Source of the DNA: Cladosporium halotolerans
Taxonomy: Eukaryota
Assembly: GCF_011745625.1 (NCBI RefSeq)
Contig: NW_027191460.1
Coordinates: 372,001-436,000 of the forward strand
DNA: 64,000 bases
Reading direction: 5' to 3'
Shown here piece by piece: positions 23,917-37,206 of the stretch. The translations under genes and the position numbers were made by a program. The stretch's first letter is position 1; each line of letters begins with the position of its first letter. Under the pieces are notes generated by a model. It worked only from the letters and a program-made list of their open reading frames with translations. It had not been told where the DNA came from and made no database searches.

Positions 23917-24910
23917 TTATTTCTTCTTCTTGTCTTTCCCCTTCTTCTGCCCACCAGCCGGCTCACCACCTCCACCACCGGCCATTCCAGCCAGACCGGG
24001 CGGCATACCAGGCATTCCACCGCCGCCTCCTTGCAGTTCCTTCATCATGTCCGCCATCATGTTGTCGCTCACACCTCCTCCGGGCAGCGCAGGCGAGTGC
24101 AGAGGGAGGATGCTGCCCATTTTGAAACCTCGGGGCACAGCCGGCGCGGGCACCTTGTTGTCTTTGGGCATAGGCAGGCCAGGCACGCGGAGCTTCAGGG
24201 GTGACTGTTCGTTGCTCGGGTGTGATTTCAAGTACGTCGCGACCATTTTGTAGAGGTGATGTTCTGTCTCCGGCGTTAGCTCTCCATCCTCTCAAACCCC
24301 AAACCCCAAAGTGCTCCCCCCACAAGAAAGACTCACTATTCGCAATCTTCGCCGTGACCGGCTTCCCCTCCTTCTTAACCAACACCCTCACTCTGCCCGG
24401 ATTCGCCCAGTCCTTCGGATGGCACTTGCTCGGCTCGAAGACAATCTGCAGCTGCACGCCGACCTGCGCGCCCACATGCTGCAGCGCATCCACCAGATCC
24501 CTCGCCAGCGGATTGCGCACCGCCAATTCCTTCCCAACCCTACGGCCGTCCTCGCGCGACCGCGAAGCGTCGAAGTACACCGGGTACAGGCACTGGTAGG
24601 CCTTGCTCTTCTCCTGCTGCTCGCGCTCGAGGCGCAGGCGCTCCTTCTGGTCCATCTGCGGCATGCCGCCGTTGCCGGAGAGCATCTGCTGCATGGCGGC
24701 CGGGTCGAGGCCGTTGCCGCCGAGCATCTGTTGCATTTGCGCCATCATGTCGGGCGAGGGCTGCTGTTGCTGTTGCTGTTGGGGGCGGGAGGGCGCTGGT
24801 TGAGATTCCTGGAGGGTTGTCTGGCCGGGGCGCGCGAAGTCGAAGGCGTCGAGGTCCATTTCTTCCGGGTCGGAGGCGTCGTCGACCTCTTCGATGCGTG
24901 GGTTTGACAT
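23917..24910 (-). CDS. SEC65: Signal recognition particle 19 kDa subunit (Sec65/SRP19)
   Basis: CLYPVYFDASRSREDGRRVGKELAVRNP and KCHPKDWANPGRVRV. Intron 24264-24336 joins IAN|KHHLYKMVA; basic C-terminal tail; poly-Q N-terminal extension. Confidence 0.92.
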
Positions 24911-26009
24911 GATGGGCTCGAGGTGGGTGTGCGGCTCAATTGAGCGGTCTGAAGGTGTAGTCTAGGGCCTTGGAATTGAAAAGTGGCTCGTTCAGAAGAA
25001 CACGTCCTTGAGCGCTCGTGAGATCGGTTTCTGTGTAAGGCGATGTGGTGAATCAGGTTAAGGTATGCGACTGGGCCACGGTGTTGTAAAGTCTCCCAAA
25101 CCCCAGACTCCAGCCCGCCGATTTGAAGGTCCCACCTTCCCAAAGCGAGCTGCCAAGGCAGGCAATCCATACACCCCACGTGAGTCCATGCCAGGTGATA
25201 ATAAAGGACTGTGGAAACAACAAGGAGCGCGAGGCTCCAGTAATCTTGGGTTTAGCTAGAAAATACTTTGTCTTGATGTAGAGTGCGAGCATCCCAACGC
25301 GCTCGCCGCACCCAAGACCTACAGACCTCCCAACCTCAGCCAACATCACATCACATCACCTTCATCACGCTCACCGAAGACACCCAAAAACTGAAAAGCG
25401 CACACGTTGAACAATCAAAGTTTCAGTTCCAGAAGCTACCAAACCCTAGTATCACCCCGCTATGCCACTTCACGCAAGAAGATAGACGTTTGTTCTCGTA
25501 GTAGATACTCCGTCTGTCGACACAACCCAAAAAAAACACACGACAAGGATTTCTCCCAGTAACCTTTCCCAATGCTTTAAAAAACGCCCCGATCTGTGCT
25601 TTCGCCATGCCAGTAAACGCCGCCCGAGCAGGCTTGTCCAGAGAGACAGACAGCAAGGGTGTGTGTATTTCGCTGTCGCCGCCGCTGGATTGGTTGATTG
25701 ATTGGATTGCTTTCCTTCCGTCCTTCCTTCCAGATGTTGCGCCCCGAATGAAGCGCCGGACCCGATGGGTATAGCGCGCCGATTCGTGCCATTCGTGAGA
25801 TGTGAGTTTCGTTATGCGGGATTTGGTGTTTTTGCGTCGCGGTCGTCAAGAAGGGATGATGATGGTGATGTGAAGTTCCCGCTGCCTGATAGTTCCTGGT
25901 AGCGGGCTGCAGAGTGTGATGGCTGGAGTAGAAAAAGTAGTAGTATGTGTCGGTTCGGTGTCGAATCAAGCGACGTCAGCGACGGCTTTCAGCGACAAGC
26001 TGGAGTCGA

Positions 26010-28418
26010 TCATCGCTTGTTCTCCACCCTCTCCTGGCCCTGGCCCCTCTCGTTCTCCAGCCGAATCCTTTCCCTCTCGACCCTGATCCTGCCCGCCTCC
26101 GTGCCGTCGTCCTCCACCAGCTCGCTGAACCAAGGGTGCTTCAGCGCCTCGCGCGCCGTGATGCGCTTCTTCGGGTCGTAGACGAAGATCCTTCTAAGCA
26201 GGTCGAGGAAGAGCTTGTTGAAGGGCGTGGTGGGCGGGATGATCTCCTCGAGGCGCTTCATGGCGCGGACGAACTTGCGGGATTGCCTGGGCGTGTCGGA
26301 GAAGGGGTAGGCGAGGCGGTTGTTCTTGAAGAAGCGCGCGGCGCTATTGCGGTCGCTGCGCTTGTTCTGCTTCATCACTTCGCGGATGAGGCTGCGGTCG
26401 ATTTCGTTGCCGGTGACGGCCTGGAGATATGTCAGCGATTTGAGCTAAAAGAAATTGACACGTGTGTTACAAACCTCCATCATGGCGAGGTGCTCTGCAC
26501 AATCATGAGTTTGGAACAGAGCATCGCCTGTCCAGCATTCGACAAGAATGCAGCCAAGGGACCAAAGATCGATAGGGTGATTCCATCCTGCAGGCACGTT
26601 AGCGGTTTGATACAGTTCTGATGGAACGCATGAAGACTCACCGATTCCAAGGATGATCTCCGGAGCTCTGTAGTGGCGTGTGCTCACCACAGAGCTGTGA
26701 TATTCGTCGTCGAAAGTCGCAGAACCAAAATCGATGAGGTTGATCTGCGGCGCAAGCAATACCCGCCTGAACTTAGCGCTTCTCGCTGTCAGTGTTGACG
26801 ATGAAGGAATATTCCTGTTGTATGTGAAGGTCTGATATGTGTGGTTGATAAGGAGAATGTTTTCTGGCTTGAGGTCGGTGTGGACCAGATTTAGGTCGTG
26901 TAAGAAGGCGATGGAGCCGAGAAGTTGTCTTGCAAAAGCTTGTATGTGTGAGCCGGGGAATGGTACGAAGCCGCCGGATTTCAGGAAGTCGAAGACGCTG
27001 AGGCCGAGGAGTGGTGTGACGATGCAGATGTGGCCTCGCCAGTCGAAGCAGTCCATGAGCTGAATGCAGCGGTTGCGGTTCTCGCTATCCGCCTGTCGAA
27101 GGGTTTGGAGAACACGGAGCTCTATGCGTGAAGCGTCACGATACTATTGGATCCGAATTAGATGGGTTCAGACTTAGGGATGGTCCTGAAAGTACCTTTG
27201 GCACCGCGCGGATGATCTTGACGGCGAACTCCCTGTTCTTGTTGTCGCGTGCTCGCACGACTTTGCCAAACGTGCCTTGGCCGAGCAGATTGACTAGATT
27301 GTATCTGTTGCCAATGCTACTGCCCTCTTGCACGATGTAGTGTCCGTCTTCGTCGTCAATCTTGTCGTTATTCTTGTAACGCTGTGGAACGTGTTAGCTT
27401 CGGTCAAATTCATCTTGTTCGTGACAGGATTGCTTACATCATGGAGCACAGGCACTGCCACCTCACGTTGCTTCTTGTGCTGCTTCGGCGGTGGGACATA
27501 TTCGCCATACTCAGCAAGGTACCCTCGCGGGCCAAGTCTCTCAACTTCTTGCTTCTTGCGTTCTTGTTCCGATGTCCTGGTCGTTCTCTTTCTCTTCTGT
27601 CCAGTCTGGGTAGGCTCCAGTCTGCTGCTGGTACTTGAACCCAGACTTGTGGGAGCGGTCGTGGTCTGAAGGCTTTCCGTAGACGTGCCATTGGAGTAGG
27701 AATACGGCGTTCTTGAGTCGCCATACGCCGGCACATCGGCAGCAGCGCCGTTCACGCGCCGCCGCTTGTCCACATGCTGAGAGGCTGGCGCATACGTGCC
27801 ATTGGTAGCCGAAGGTGCCGGCTGGGCCGCCTTTTGCGCCGTTGCTGGAGGAGCCGGGCTGTCGTCGTCGTGGATGGTGATGATCTCGGCCGGCGGTTTG
27901 CCGCCAAAGTATTCCACCCAGTCGACATCGCGCTTAGACCTGCGGCGCGCACGCTCAGAGGCGTCGGCACCGACGCTATCGTAGTGGTGTGCTTGCGGCA
28001 TCTGGTTCGATGCGGCCGCGGGAGCCGCACGTGATGAGGCGGCAGGCTCTGGATATGGCCTTGAGTGCTCGCCGGCGCGGCTGCCTCTGCGCCTCAAATC
28101 TTCATGCGAAGCTGGTTGTTGTGCGAGTCCGTTGGCGTAGGACGAGTATTCCGCTCCGCCTCTTGACTGGCTGTGTGTGTGGTTAGAATAGCCGTTGCTC
28201 ATACCGCTGTGAGGCCGCGGCGGCGGCGCAAACTGCTGAGTGTTGGAGATGTTGCTGGAGGTCCTGGCTGGTAGATTCTGGTAGTGACCGTTGCTGACGT
28301 TACTGGATGGCCTTGGAGGAGGTAGGTAGCGTTGGGTAGGACTGATGAGGTGACGCTGGCGGTAGTCCAGGCTGTAATGCGGTGCCGGCGCCTGGGTGAG
28401 TGTCTGCGGCGTGGACAT
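26010..28418 (-). CDS. Dual-specificity LAMMER protein kinase (CLK/Lkh1/Kns1 family)
   Basis: GQGTFGKV, AVKII, HTDLKPEN, DFG, STRHYRAPE and the EHLAMME signature. Introns 27382-27437, 27144-27195, 26588-26641 and 26421-26474. Confidence 0.95.
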
Positions 28419-30008
28419 GGCAATGTCTCAAAGCATCGGATCGGCGGCACGAGCTCGCTGCAGACCGTCAGATGCTCGAGGGAGGAGGGTAGGTGGAGGA
28501 GTGGCCGTGAATGTGAAAGTTGTGAGGTGAGAGGACGGGCCGGGGCTCGTCGTCGCCGGCGGGCTCGTTGGAGAGGTGCTCGCGCAAGCGGAGATGGAGC
28601 AGGGCTCTGGCGACGGTATATCGCGTCAACGGGGCTCCACGCGGTGCTGCGAAAGCGGAATTATGGCGATTGTGGGCTGGGCGGAGGGTGTAAGAGGCAA
28701 CAATCAGGTCGGCAAGGCGGTCGACGGCGAGGATGGGCGCGCAGGCCGTGACGGTGACGGTCACTAATTCACGCTCGGCGGGACTCGGCTGTGTGCAAGC
28801 TGGTTGGGCAGGACACAGACGCAGACAGACACTGTACAGACAGACGGCGCTGCAAACACGGGGCGGAAGGCGCACGTGCAAGCACAGCGTGCTGCTTTGA
28901 ACTATATCTTGCCACTACACTCACTACCTACGTTCACTTGTCCCCAACCGCAGGGCGAGACGAGCGGGCAGCCTCTGGCTCACTCGTCTGCCCTGCGCTG
29001 CGCTGCACTGCAAGCTTAGGGTTGCCCGGCGAAGCCACCACTCCGCATCGCGACCGAACGGCTACCTGTCGAAGGTCCTTCCCGTGCTAGTCAAATCCTG
29101 GGCAAGCTCTTCTTCACCCCAGCAGGCAATTGATTGACATTTGACGTCGCAATCGCGGGCTTTGGCGTGGCGATATCGACTGGTCCATGCGAGCGTTTGA
29201 TTGACGACAATTGATTGATTATTCACTGCCTCTTCACCCAGCCCGATCTACTGACATTCCTGCCTTTCTCCCACATGCACACAGGCAGCGTGACAGACGG
29301 GCGTGCCGCATCAGATCTCACCCGTCCCGTGCTCGAGCTGCCCGTGACGCTTTGGAGGACGTCGATCCAGCCGGCGTCTGAGCGTCCGTCGAATCGCGAC
29401 TCGCGCAGCGGGCACCGACTCTCCTCCACAAGCCGCCGCCGTTTTGCCAACGCCAGCCTCTGCCGCACGTCACCGCGACCTGCATCATCCCGGCCCCTGG
29501 GGATAGGGACAACAAACAAATAACAACACGTCTCTCCCCTGGCCGTAACGCCTGCTTACGGGCCGCGTCTCTCACATGTGAAGCCTGGCGTGCACTCACT
29601 CTTCCACTCTGTCGAAGCTATTTGAGGACAGGCGAGATGGAGGCGAGACTGAATCCTCAGGTGTTTCAAGCACGCACGTCTCAAGGCCACTCGCTTGCAG
29701 AGAGTGATATTCACCTGAGTCTATTGAGTATCCCTGCAGCACGTGTGTGCCTGGCAAGGATGTTGAGCGTCTGTTTTACACTTGTTTGCGCCAGACGATT
29801 CTTCCTGACGCGCGATCCTGCCATCACATGGCATTGGAGATCGGCAGACCAAAGGACGACGCTTGTAGGTCACTTCACATGCCGACAATGCCCGCCAACT
29901 CAGGTAAACCCTAGAACTTGCTCGAGCTCACATGAGCAAACTCGACCGCCACCTTGCCAGTCTGGAAGCCAAGGCTTATTAGATGCTTTGCGTCAGTTCG
30001 AATGGTGC

Positions 30009-30848
30009 TCATGACTTCCTCGCATTCGTTACACTACGTGGGACCATGTTGAGGGCAGACATGGAGCTGACAATGCTGTCCATGTCAACCTTGACCGGCG
30101 CAACCGGTGCTCCATATGGAAGGCTTCGAGTTGACCCTGACCGCTTCTTGCCTTTCCATTGTGGACTTGTCGGCGGCTGTGAGGTAGGTTGTGCGTCCTT
30201 TGACTGTGACGATGTCGTCGCGGATGCCGTTTTGAGGGGAGCTGTCGCTGGCGGACTGACAGAAGTCGCTTGGGTTGAGACGGTCGATGTGGTCTCATTG
30301 CTTCCTCTCCTTTCGCGGCTGCTTGCACGGTGACCCTTCTCGTCAATGCCGGCCCTCAGCATGCTACGCTTGCCATCGACGCCTGTGTTGACAACCAGGA
30401 AATCGTAGTTTCGAGGGAAGCCATGCTTGTCGACCAAATGACTCCTCCGCTTCTTCCAGTCGCTGCACACTTTCTCGCAACCTTCCACAAAGCAAGCGAA
30501 CGTTTTATCGCCACGCTCGCGCTGCGCGAAGACAATCGGATCGTGGTTTTCCGCGATGTGCAGCTCCAGGAATCGAGCCGTGGGGAAGTTGGCCTTGCAC
30601 TCGGAACAGCGATTGCTGTGGCTTTGCGTGTAGTGCGTTTCGTACTCGGGATAGGATGAGAAGGTCAACGGCCTGTGCGGTGGGAGGAGGCAACGCATGC
30701 TGGCTGTGTGGCTGGTAGTGTCGTCTAGCACCTGAGCATACTTGTGGGTGTGTCCGATGGGCTCTGCACTTGTGGATCGAGACTGTGCTGTCGCCGATAT
30801 TTCTTCGTCGCGAGAGGACACGGAAGCATCTCGAGAGCGTTTTGCCAT
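30009..30848 (-). CDS. C2H2 zinc-finger protein, ZNF511-like
   Basis: CSECKANFPTARFLELHIAENHD and FACFVEGCEKVCSDWKKRRSHLVDKHGFP fingers; intronless. Confidence 0.8.
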   Translation of the reverse strand: MAKRSRDASVSSRDEEISATAQSRSTSAEPIGHTHKYAQVLDDTTSHTASMRCLLPPHRPLTFSSYPEYETHYTQSHSNRCSECKANFPTARFLELHIAENHDPIVFAQRERGDKTFACFVEGCEKVCSDWKKRRSHLVDKHGFPRNYDFLVVNTGVDGKRSMLRAGIDEKGHRASSRERRGSNETTSTVSTQATSVSPPATAPLKTASATTSSQSKDAQPTSQPPTSPQWKGKKRSGSTRSLPYGAPVAPVKVDMDSIVSSMSALNMVPRSVTNARKS

Positions 30849-31537
30849 CCTTTTCAGAGGTGCGGTGAGCTGCAGAGTATCTGCATGCGCTAGAGGGTGG
30901 GCTTTGCAGTAGTATCAGCCGCGTTTGGAGACGAGACAGCCGCCGGCAATGATGTGAAGCGCGAAATCGCTGCTGGCCGGACACAGCAGTCACTGCAAGT
31001 GTGTCGCATCAAAAAAGCGGCATCCTAATCGTCGGGACGTGTTGTCGCATCATTTCTTCATTTCATCCAATTGTCTAGATCTACCAGTCGTGGGCGATCT
31101 CCCGACGCCGGCGGGCACTTTCCGAGGCTCCGAAAGGCAGTTGCAGCCACGAGGGAAAGTCAGCCCGCACTGACGCCGTCGGCCTTGCCAGACTTCCCTG
31201 CAACTCACACTCACTCACTCTTGTCGCCGCCAACAACGCTTCGCCAGCGCAGCGCGCCGCCGCAGATACACCACCACCTCTCTATACCGGCGAGGCTCTC
31301 TCTTCGCCACCCCCACCGCCCGCGGCAACGGCTCCCGCCGAGTCGCACACGATCAATCACCCCACCGTTATAGCGAGACACCCAAATGGCTCGCAACAGC
31401 ACTGCCTTTTATCCGACAAAGCACACCTTCACCTAACCGCCGATACTGCTCGGAGTCGGCACGTCCTACAGAGCGCGACCGCTAAACCGAGGCGCCTATG
31501 TTGTGCGCCACCTCACCTTGACCCTTCCATCATCAGC

Positions 31538-33992
31538 ATGGAGGATCTTCTCGCCAACGAGCGAGCCGCCGGAGAAAATGTTCAGGACTTGTTGAAGCGC
31601 CCGGAAGAGCCCATCCGCAGCCTCCTTGCTGCCTATGATTCTTACCGCAGCGCTTGCCAGGCTGTAGTCTTCACCGACTTCAACCTCGCTGAGAAAAATG
31701 AGGCGCGCCTCTGGAACGCACACGTTGAGGGCAAGAAGTACTTTTCGACCGAGCTCAAGCGTCTTCGCAAGCAGACGGGCAGTAACTCGCCCGTTGTGCA
31801 GACGCGCGCGCTCGCCGATTTGTACCTGAAGTGGATTCGCGCCAGCATCAGGTTCTACCGCGACCATGTTTACAAGTTGAGCACGGGTTTCGGGCTGCCC
31901 GAGCTGCAGGCAATCGCGCAACAAATCAAGCCGGATGCGGAGAATGGTGCTGCCACCGCTGACCTGCTCCCGTCGGACTTGCGCGAGAAAGTCTTGAATT
32001 CCTGTCATCAGACTTTGATTTACTTGGGCGACCTTTCGCGCTGGCGTGCATCGGAGAAGCTGGACAAGAAACCGGACTTTGGTCCAGCTCTCGGCTACTA
32101 TGGCCTCGCGTGCGCCATCCGCCCGACGTCCGGTATGGGCCAGCATCAATTGGCTGTCGTTGCGCTCGAGCAGCGGCACCACCTGCAGGCCATCTACCAT
32201 CTTTACCGCTCGATCTGCGTCGCCGAGCCTCACCCTAATGCTACCAAGAACCTCAAGATGCAATTTGAGAAGACGAATGCCGCTTGGGATAAGGGAGATT
32301 TGATTCAGAAAGGCTCTCCCAACGACCCGGAGGCCCCGAAGCGCGCTTTGATCGGCTGGTTTGTGCGCCTTCATAGCATGTGCTTCAAGGGCGAGAAGTT
32401 CCGCGGCTTCGACGAGTTGGAGCGCGAAGTAATGGGTCAGCTGTCGACAGAGCTGAAATTGCGCTCCCTCGGCTCAACGCTCACTCGCATGGTCCTGGTT
32501 AATATTGCAGCGCAACATATGTCAATCGAAAATTACAAAGGTAATATACACCATGTGTCTCCGCTGTTTTTGAGTGAAGCTGACCTTTGCTACAGTAAAA
32601 CAATCTGCGGAGAATGAGCATGCTTTCTATTCCTTTTTGCGAATCAACTTGCGCTTTTACACGACTCTGCTTGAGATACTCCAGGATGACTTGATTCAGG
32701 TCACTCGCGCGACTGCTAATCTGGACGACGTTGAACTGACGAACAAGATTCTTGTTGCTTCTGCCCGCGTTCTTCCATCTCTCCGCGTGTACAGCTGTTG
32801 GCTCTATCAGAACTATCAGCTCCTGCTAGGTCTGAAGTCTGATCCAACCTTGTCGGGCTCGATCGAGGGCTTTTGGAAAGCCTATGGACGAACGCTGGAT
32901 CTGGTCGCTTCTAATTTCACTATCTGGGAGCTCGAGAACTATTGCCCCGTTCCCTACATGCTCGAGGAGGACGTCAACACACTTGGGTTTCAACCCTTGA
33001 TCGACGAATCTGGCGGCAAGGCGAACAAAGTCTGGAAGCATATGCCTTCCGGAATCGCGAAGCCTCTTTTCAGCGATCGATCTGTCGTCCGTTTCTCTCC
33101 AGCGGAGGAAATGCTTTGCCGCATGTACGGATTCTTGGAGGATGGGCTATTCTTTGCGCACGATCTTGATGAATCCCCGATCAAGATCCAAGGCGACCGT
33201 GTGTTCTATGGTAACGGCCACGAAATTGAACAGCTTTTCATGCCGGCTACCATCAAGGAGCCCGTGAACAAGGCACCTGCCAAGCCGAAGCCAGCACCGG
33301 CAAACAAGCCCCTCAGCTACGCAAAGGCCGCTGCTAATGGCAAGACCCAAGCGTCGAAGCCCGTCGCTCCACCGACCCGCGCTCCGGCTTTTACCCAATC
33401 TCAATCACAAGGTACCCAAGACGCGCAGCTCAGCCGCATGGTCGACGACCTAGTGGACGATGACGAGGCTAAGGACCCCGTCACTCCTCCCCAGCAGTTC
33501 TCGACCAGCCCTGCCGTCGCGCAACCCAACGGTGACTGCGCGGTCGAGGCCACGCCGGAGTTCAGCAAGACAAACGGCGCCCCTTACCAACAACAGGCTC
33601 CCGTCGCCCGGCCTGGCAACAAGTACTCCTCGGTCTCTAGCCTCTGGCCAACTTCGCCCATCGTGCCTGCAACTGTTAGCCCTCCAACCCGCGCTTTTGG
33701 CTCTCTTGCTTCGCCGCCTCAGGATCGTGGCCACTCTCGCGTCGGCTCTGCGAATAGCATTCGCAGCCGCACGTCTCAGAACATCGGCGACTCCTGGAGC
33801 TCTCTCGAAGGCCTCCCGCAGGGCACCGGCATGGTCCCCGTGCAAGCCGCCAACGCACCGGCCTTGCCTGGTCTCGGCACGTACGGCGATGGCCAGCTTC
33901 TGTTCGGTGCCGGCGGCGGAATGTGGAGCTCTGCCCCCGGCGGCAGGAAGAGCTTTGGCGGCATGAGCCAGGACGGCGGATTCGGCGGTTGA
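31538..33992 (+). CDS. Est1/Ebs1/SMG7-like protein (14-3-3-like Est1 domain; telomerase or NMD factor)
   Basis: LIYLGDLSRWR, YYGLACAIRPTSGMGQHQLAVV, AIYHLYRSICVAEPHPNATKNL. Intron 32541-32595; low-complexity C-terminus and no PIN domain. Confidence 0.85.
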
Positions 33993-35178
33993 AGGGGAAA
34001 CGATCGCATGACGACTGTGTTGTGCTTTCTGAAGAAAATTTCCTCTAGCATTGAGCGACAAAAGCTCTGCCTCGTACACTCTGCGGTCAGGCTCTCTTCG
34101 CAGCCTCCGCCGCGCCACTGCCGCGTTCCGGCACAAATATCACCGATGCTCCCTGTTGGCAAGCATGGGTATCAGTCCGTGTGTTCACTGGATGCTGCTA
34201 CTACCCAAACCTTCTTCCCGGCACCCGCCAGGCGGGAGGTACGAAGGAGCTCAGAGAGAGACATCTGAACGGAGAAATGAGAGGAAAACGACGAAGGAAT
34301 GGTGTGCGAGTGGTGTTCAATGACAAGGTCTGATTTGATTAACGTTCGTTCGATTTGCCGGGCCAGCCTTTTGCGCGCCGGGTCACACTCTTTTGGTTTG
34401 CTGCGTTCTGCTCGAGGAGGAAATTGTGCTGAGAGCGCAGATGACAATCGTTGATGGGTCCGATCACGTTGCAGTTGTAGTAGAAGATTCATGATATATT
34501 CACGTATTTGAGAGTATCACTTAGGGGGGCTTTCAACGTCACAATTCAAAAGCGTCTCGATAAAAACGAAACTGCTCTATCAGATCTTCGGGGGACAAGC
34601 TCGTAAACTCAACCGAGTTCTACGGAAACCATGCCTTGCATTGCATACGTACAAGCGGGGCTCCTGGTGTGCGGACGCCGCCAGCCCATAACTTGGAAGG
34701 ACATCCACCCGTATCCGGATACCGGAGCTGCTGACTCCGTGAACGAGCGCAACATTAGGCTGTCGAACTCGGCGAGCTAAGGTAGCGAAAACTCACGGAT
34801 TTGCTGTGGCGTTTATGTCTGCGGTCGCGGCAGATGATCGCGGTTCGTATTCCCCTGGTTGAAAAAACGAATCTTTGAGGAACAACGGTAAGCATTATCG
34901 TCAAGGTCCCGTATATACACCGTTACAGGACTTGCGAGGAAATCTCTGTCTGACGAACCTATTGCCTTCAACGAAAATGCACCTTCCAGCCTTGTGAACT
35001 CATTCAGATTGCTGAAAACGGCAAAAGGCGATGCAGAAGACCCGACCTGGTCTTAGCTCGCAACTTGGACAATATACGATCCGTCGATTGTGGTGTAAGT
35101 ACAGTATGCGCTCTAATGCATGCACTAAGGACAAGACGTCCTCTCTCCGTTCTAGCGCAACATAAAGTTGTCTTTGCA

Positions 35179-35243
35179 GGCTAAAGGTTGATGACACAGC
35201 CTATCAGACTGATACATAGCAGCGGCATCTCGGGCCCTATAAA
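35179..35243 (+). promoter_or_regulatory. Putative XlnR site (GGCTAAA) and TATA box of the GH62 gene
   Basis: GGCTAAA at 35179-35185 and TATAAA at 35238-35243, upstream of ATG 35323. Confidence 0.55.
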
Positions 35244-35322
35244 GGCACGTCAGAACATTTGACGCCATTCTACTCTGACTATCTTCTCTCAGCCCTTCAC
35301 CCACCATTGACATCCGGTAATT

Positions 35323-36428
35323 ATGCGCTTCTTGCGACTTGCAGCCGTTGCTTGTGCCTCCCTCCTTTCGACGCTGGCCGCGACAGCGCCGACGAAGAGG
35401 GCACCCAACATCCAGAACACATTCAAATGGAGCTCAAGCGGGCCTTTGATCGGGCCCAAGAACGACGGCCGCAACATCAAGGGTATCAAAGATCCCTCCG
35501 TCGTCTTCTACAACGGCAAATACCACGTCTTCGCAAGCACTGCTGTTGCCTCCGGCTACAGCCTTGTGTACATGAGCTTCACCGATTTCAACCAAGCCGG
35601 CAACGCCCCGTTCGTCTACCTTGATCAGTCCGCCATCGGTACTGGCTACCGAGCCGCTCCCCAAGTCTTCTACTTCGCGCCACAGAAGCTGTGGTATCTC
35701 GTTTACCAAAACGGCAACGCAGCCTACTCAACCAATCCAGACATCAACAACCCCTACGGCTGGTCCGCGCCCAAGACCTTCTACAACGGCACCCCACAGA
35801 CCATCGCAAACGCGCTCAAGAACGGTGGCAATTGGTTCGTTTGATCCTCCAATCTCCCTTCATGCCAACACAACTCACTAACGCCTCCCCCAGGGTCGAC
35901 ATGTGGGTCATTTGCGACGCCAGCACCTGCCACCTCTTCTCCTCCGACGACAACGGGCACCTCTTCCGCTCGCAAACACCCCTCTCCGCCTTCCCCGCCG
36001 GCATGTCCGAGCCCGTCATCGCGCTCCAAGACTCCAAGTACGCCCTCTTCGAAGCCTCCAACGTCTACCGCATCGCCGGCACCTCGCCCGCGCAGTACCT
36101 CCTCCTCGTCGAAGCCTTCGCGTCCGACGGCAACCGCTACTTCCGCTCCTGGACGTCGAACGCCATCGGCGGCAGCTGGACGCCGCTGGCGGCGTCGGAG
36201 GGGAATCCGTTTGCGCGGAGCTCGAATGTGGTCTTTGACGGCACGCCGTGGACGAAGCATATCAGTCATGGGGAGGTTGTGAGGACGGTCGTGGATCAGA
36301 CGCTGACGATCTCGGGGTGCAAGCTGAGGTATCTGTATCAGGGGTTGGATCCGGCGGCGAATAACGGGGATTACAACTCGCAGCCTTGGAGGTTGGGGTT
36401 GTTGACGCAGACGAATTCGGCTTGTTGA
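35323..36428 (+). CDS. Secreted alpha-L-arabinofuranosidase, GH62
   Basis: Signal peptide; FKWSSSGPLI, IKDPSVV, YRAAPQVFYFAPQKLWYL, WVDMWVICD, LFEASNVY, ISHGE, YLYQG. Intron 35835-35893. Confidence 0.95.
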
Positions 36429-36802
36429 GGGTGGTTGTTTTGAGCGTTTGACGGGGTGGAGAGTGCGGATTGGTAGGTTCGAGATCGGAGGTGGGCTAGT
36501 TGTATGCGATGTTGCTGTTTGGATGGCCATACGTCGCGGCGCCATGGAAATGCTTGTCTGCTCTTGATCATGAATATGAGGCCCCGTGCCATGTTGCTGG
36601 TTTGAATACATTCTCCGAGCACGACGGTGGAGCACTTATGTTGCGGCTCCACACCCTCCTCGCACGCACAGGATGTTAGTGAAGTAATGTTCCACTGTCC
36701 ATTGTCCATTCGATCCAACAAGCAATGAATGTAACTCGAGAGTGGGACTGGTCACTAGCAGCAGAATGCTATGGTCTAACCAGCCCTTGCCCTCCCCCTC
36801 TG

Positions 36803-37108
36803 AAGTGAATTGCACGTCAACGACTCGATGGCACGTGCAGGGCACGTGCATGGCCGAATCGGGATTTATTTTAGACCCTTTTGCGGGACGATGGGCAACC
36901 CACTAGCGCCGTCGAGCCACCGGCCAATCAGCGCCTCCCGTGCTTTGCATGTAAGTGAATTGCATGTGAACGGCTCGATGGCACGTGCACAGCACGTGCA
37001 TGGCCTAATCGGGATTTATTTAGACCCTTTTGCGGGACGATGGGCAACCCACTAGCGCCGTCGAGCCACCGGCCAATCGGCGCCTCCCGTGCCATGCGTG
37101 TAAGTGAA
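36803..37108. repeat. Tandem direct duplication of a ~150-bp unit (about 92% identical by eye)
   Basis: Unit 1 36803-36952, unit 2 36953-37101, then a third AAGTGAA start at 37102. Core gacccttttgcgggacgatgggcaacccactagcgccgtcgagccaccggccaatc is identical in both units. Confidence 0.95.
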
Positions 37109-37206
37109 GTGATGATATTCGGTGGTTCAGCATTAGATCGGGTATGATATCTTCCCTCCATTGACAACGTTGTTGCGCTGATCCATCTATGCAATGACGG
37201 CCACCA

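Noticed and set aside
37109..37181. Possible C/D snoRNA (GTGATGA..CTGA, about 73 nt) right after the tandem repeat
   Set aside because: No convincing terminal stem or recognisable rRNA guide, and it lies antisense to the pepP 3' UTR. An Rfam or snoscan hit would be needed.
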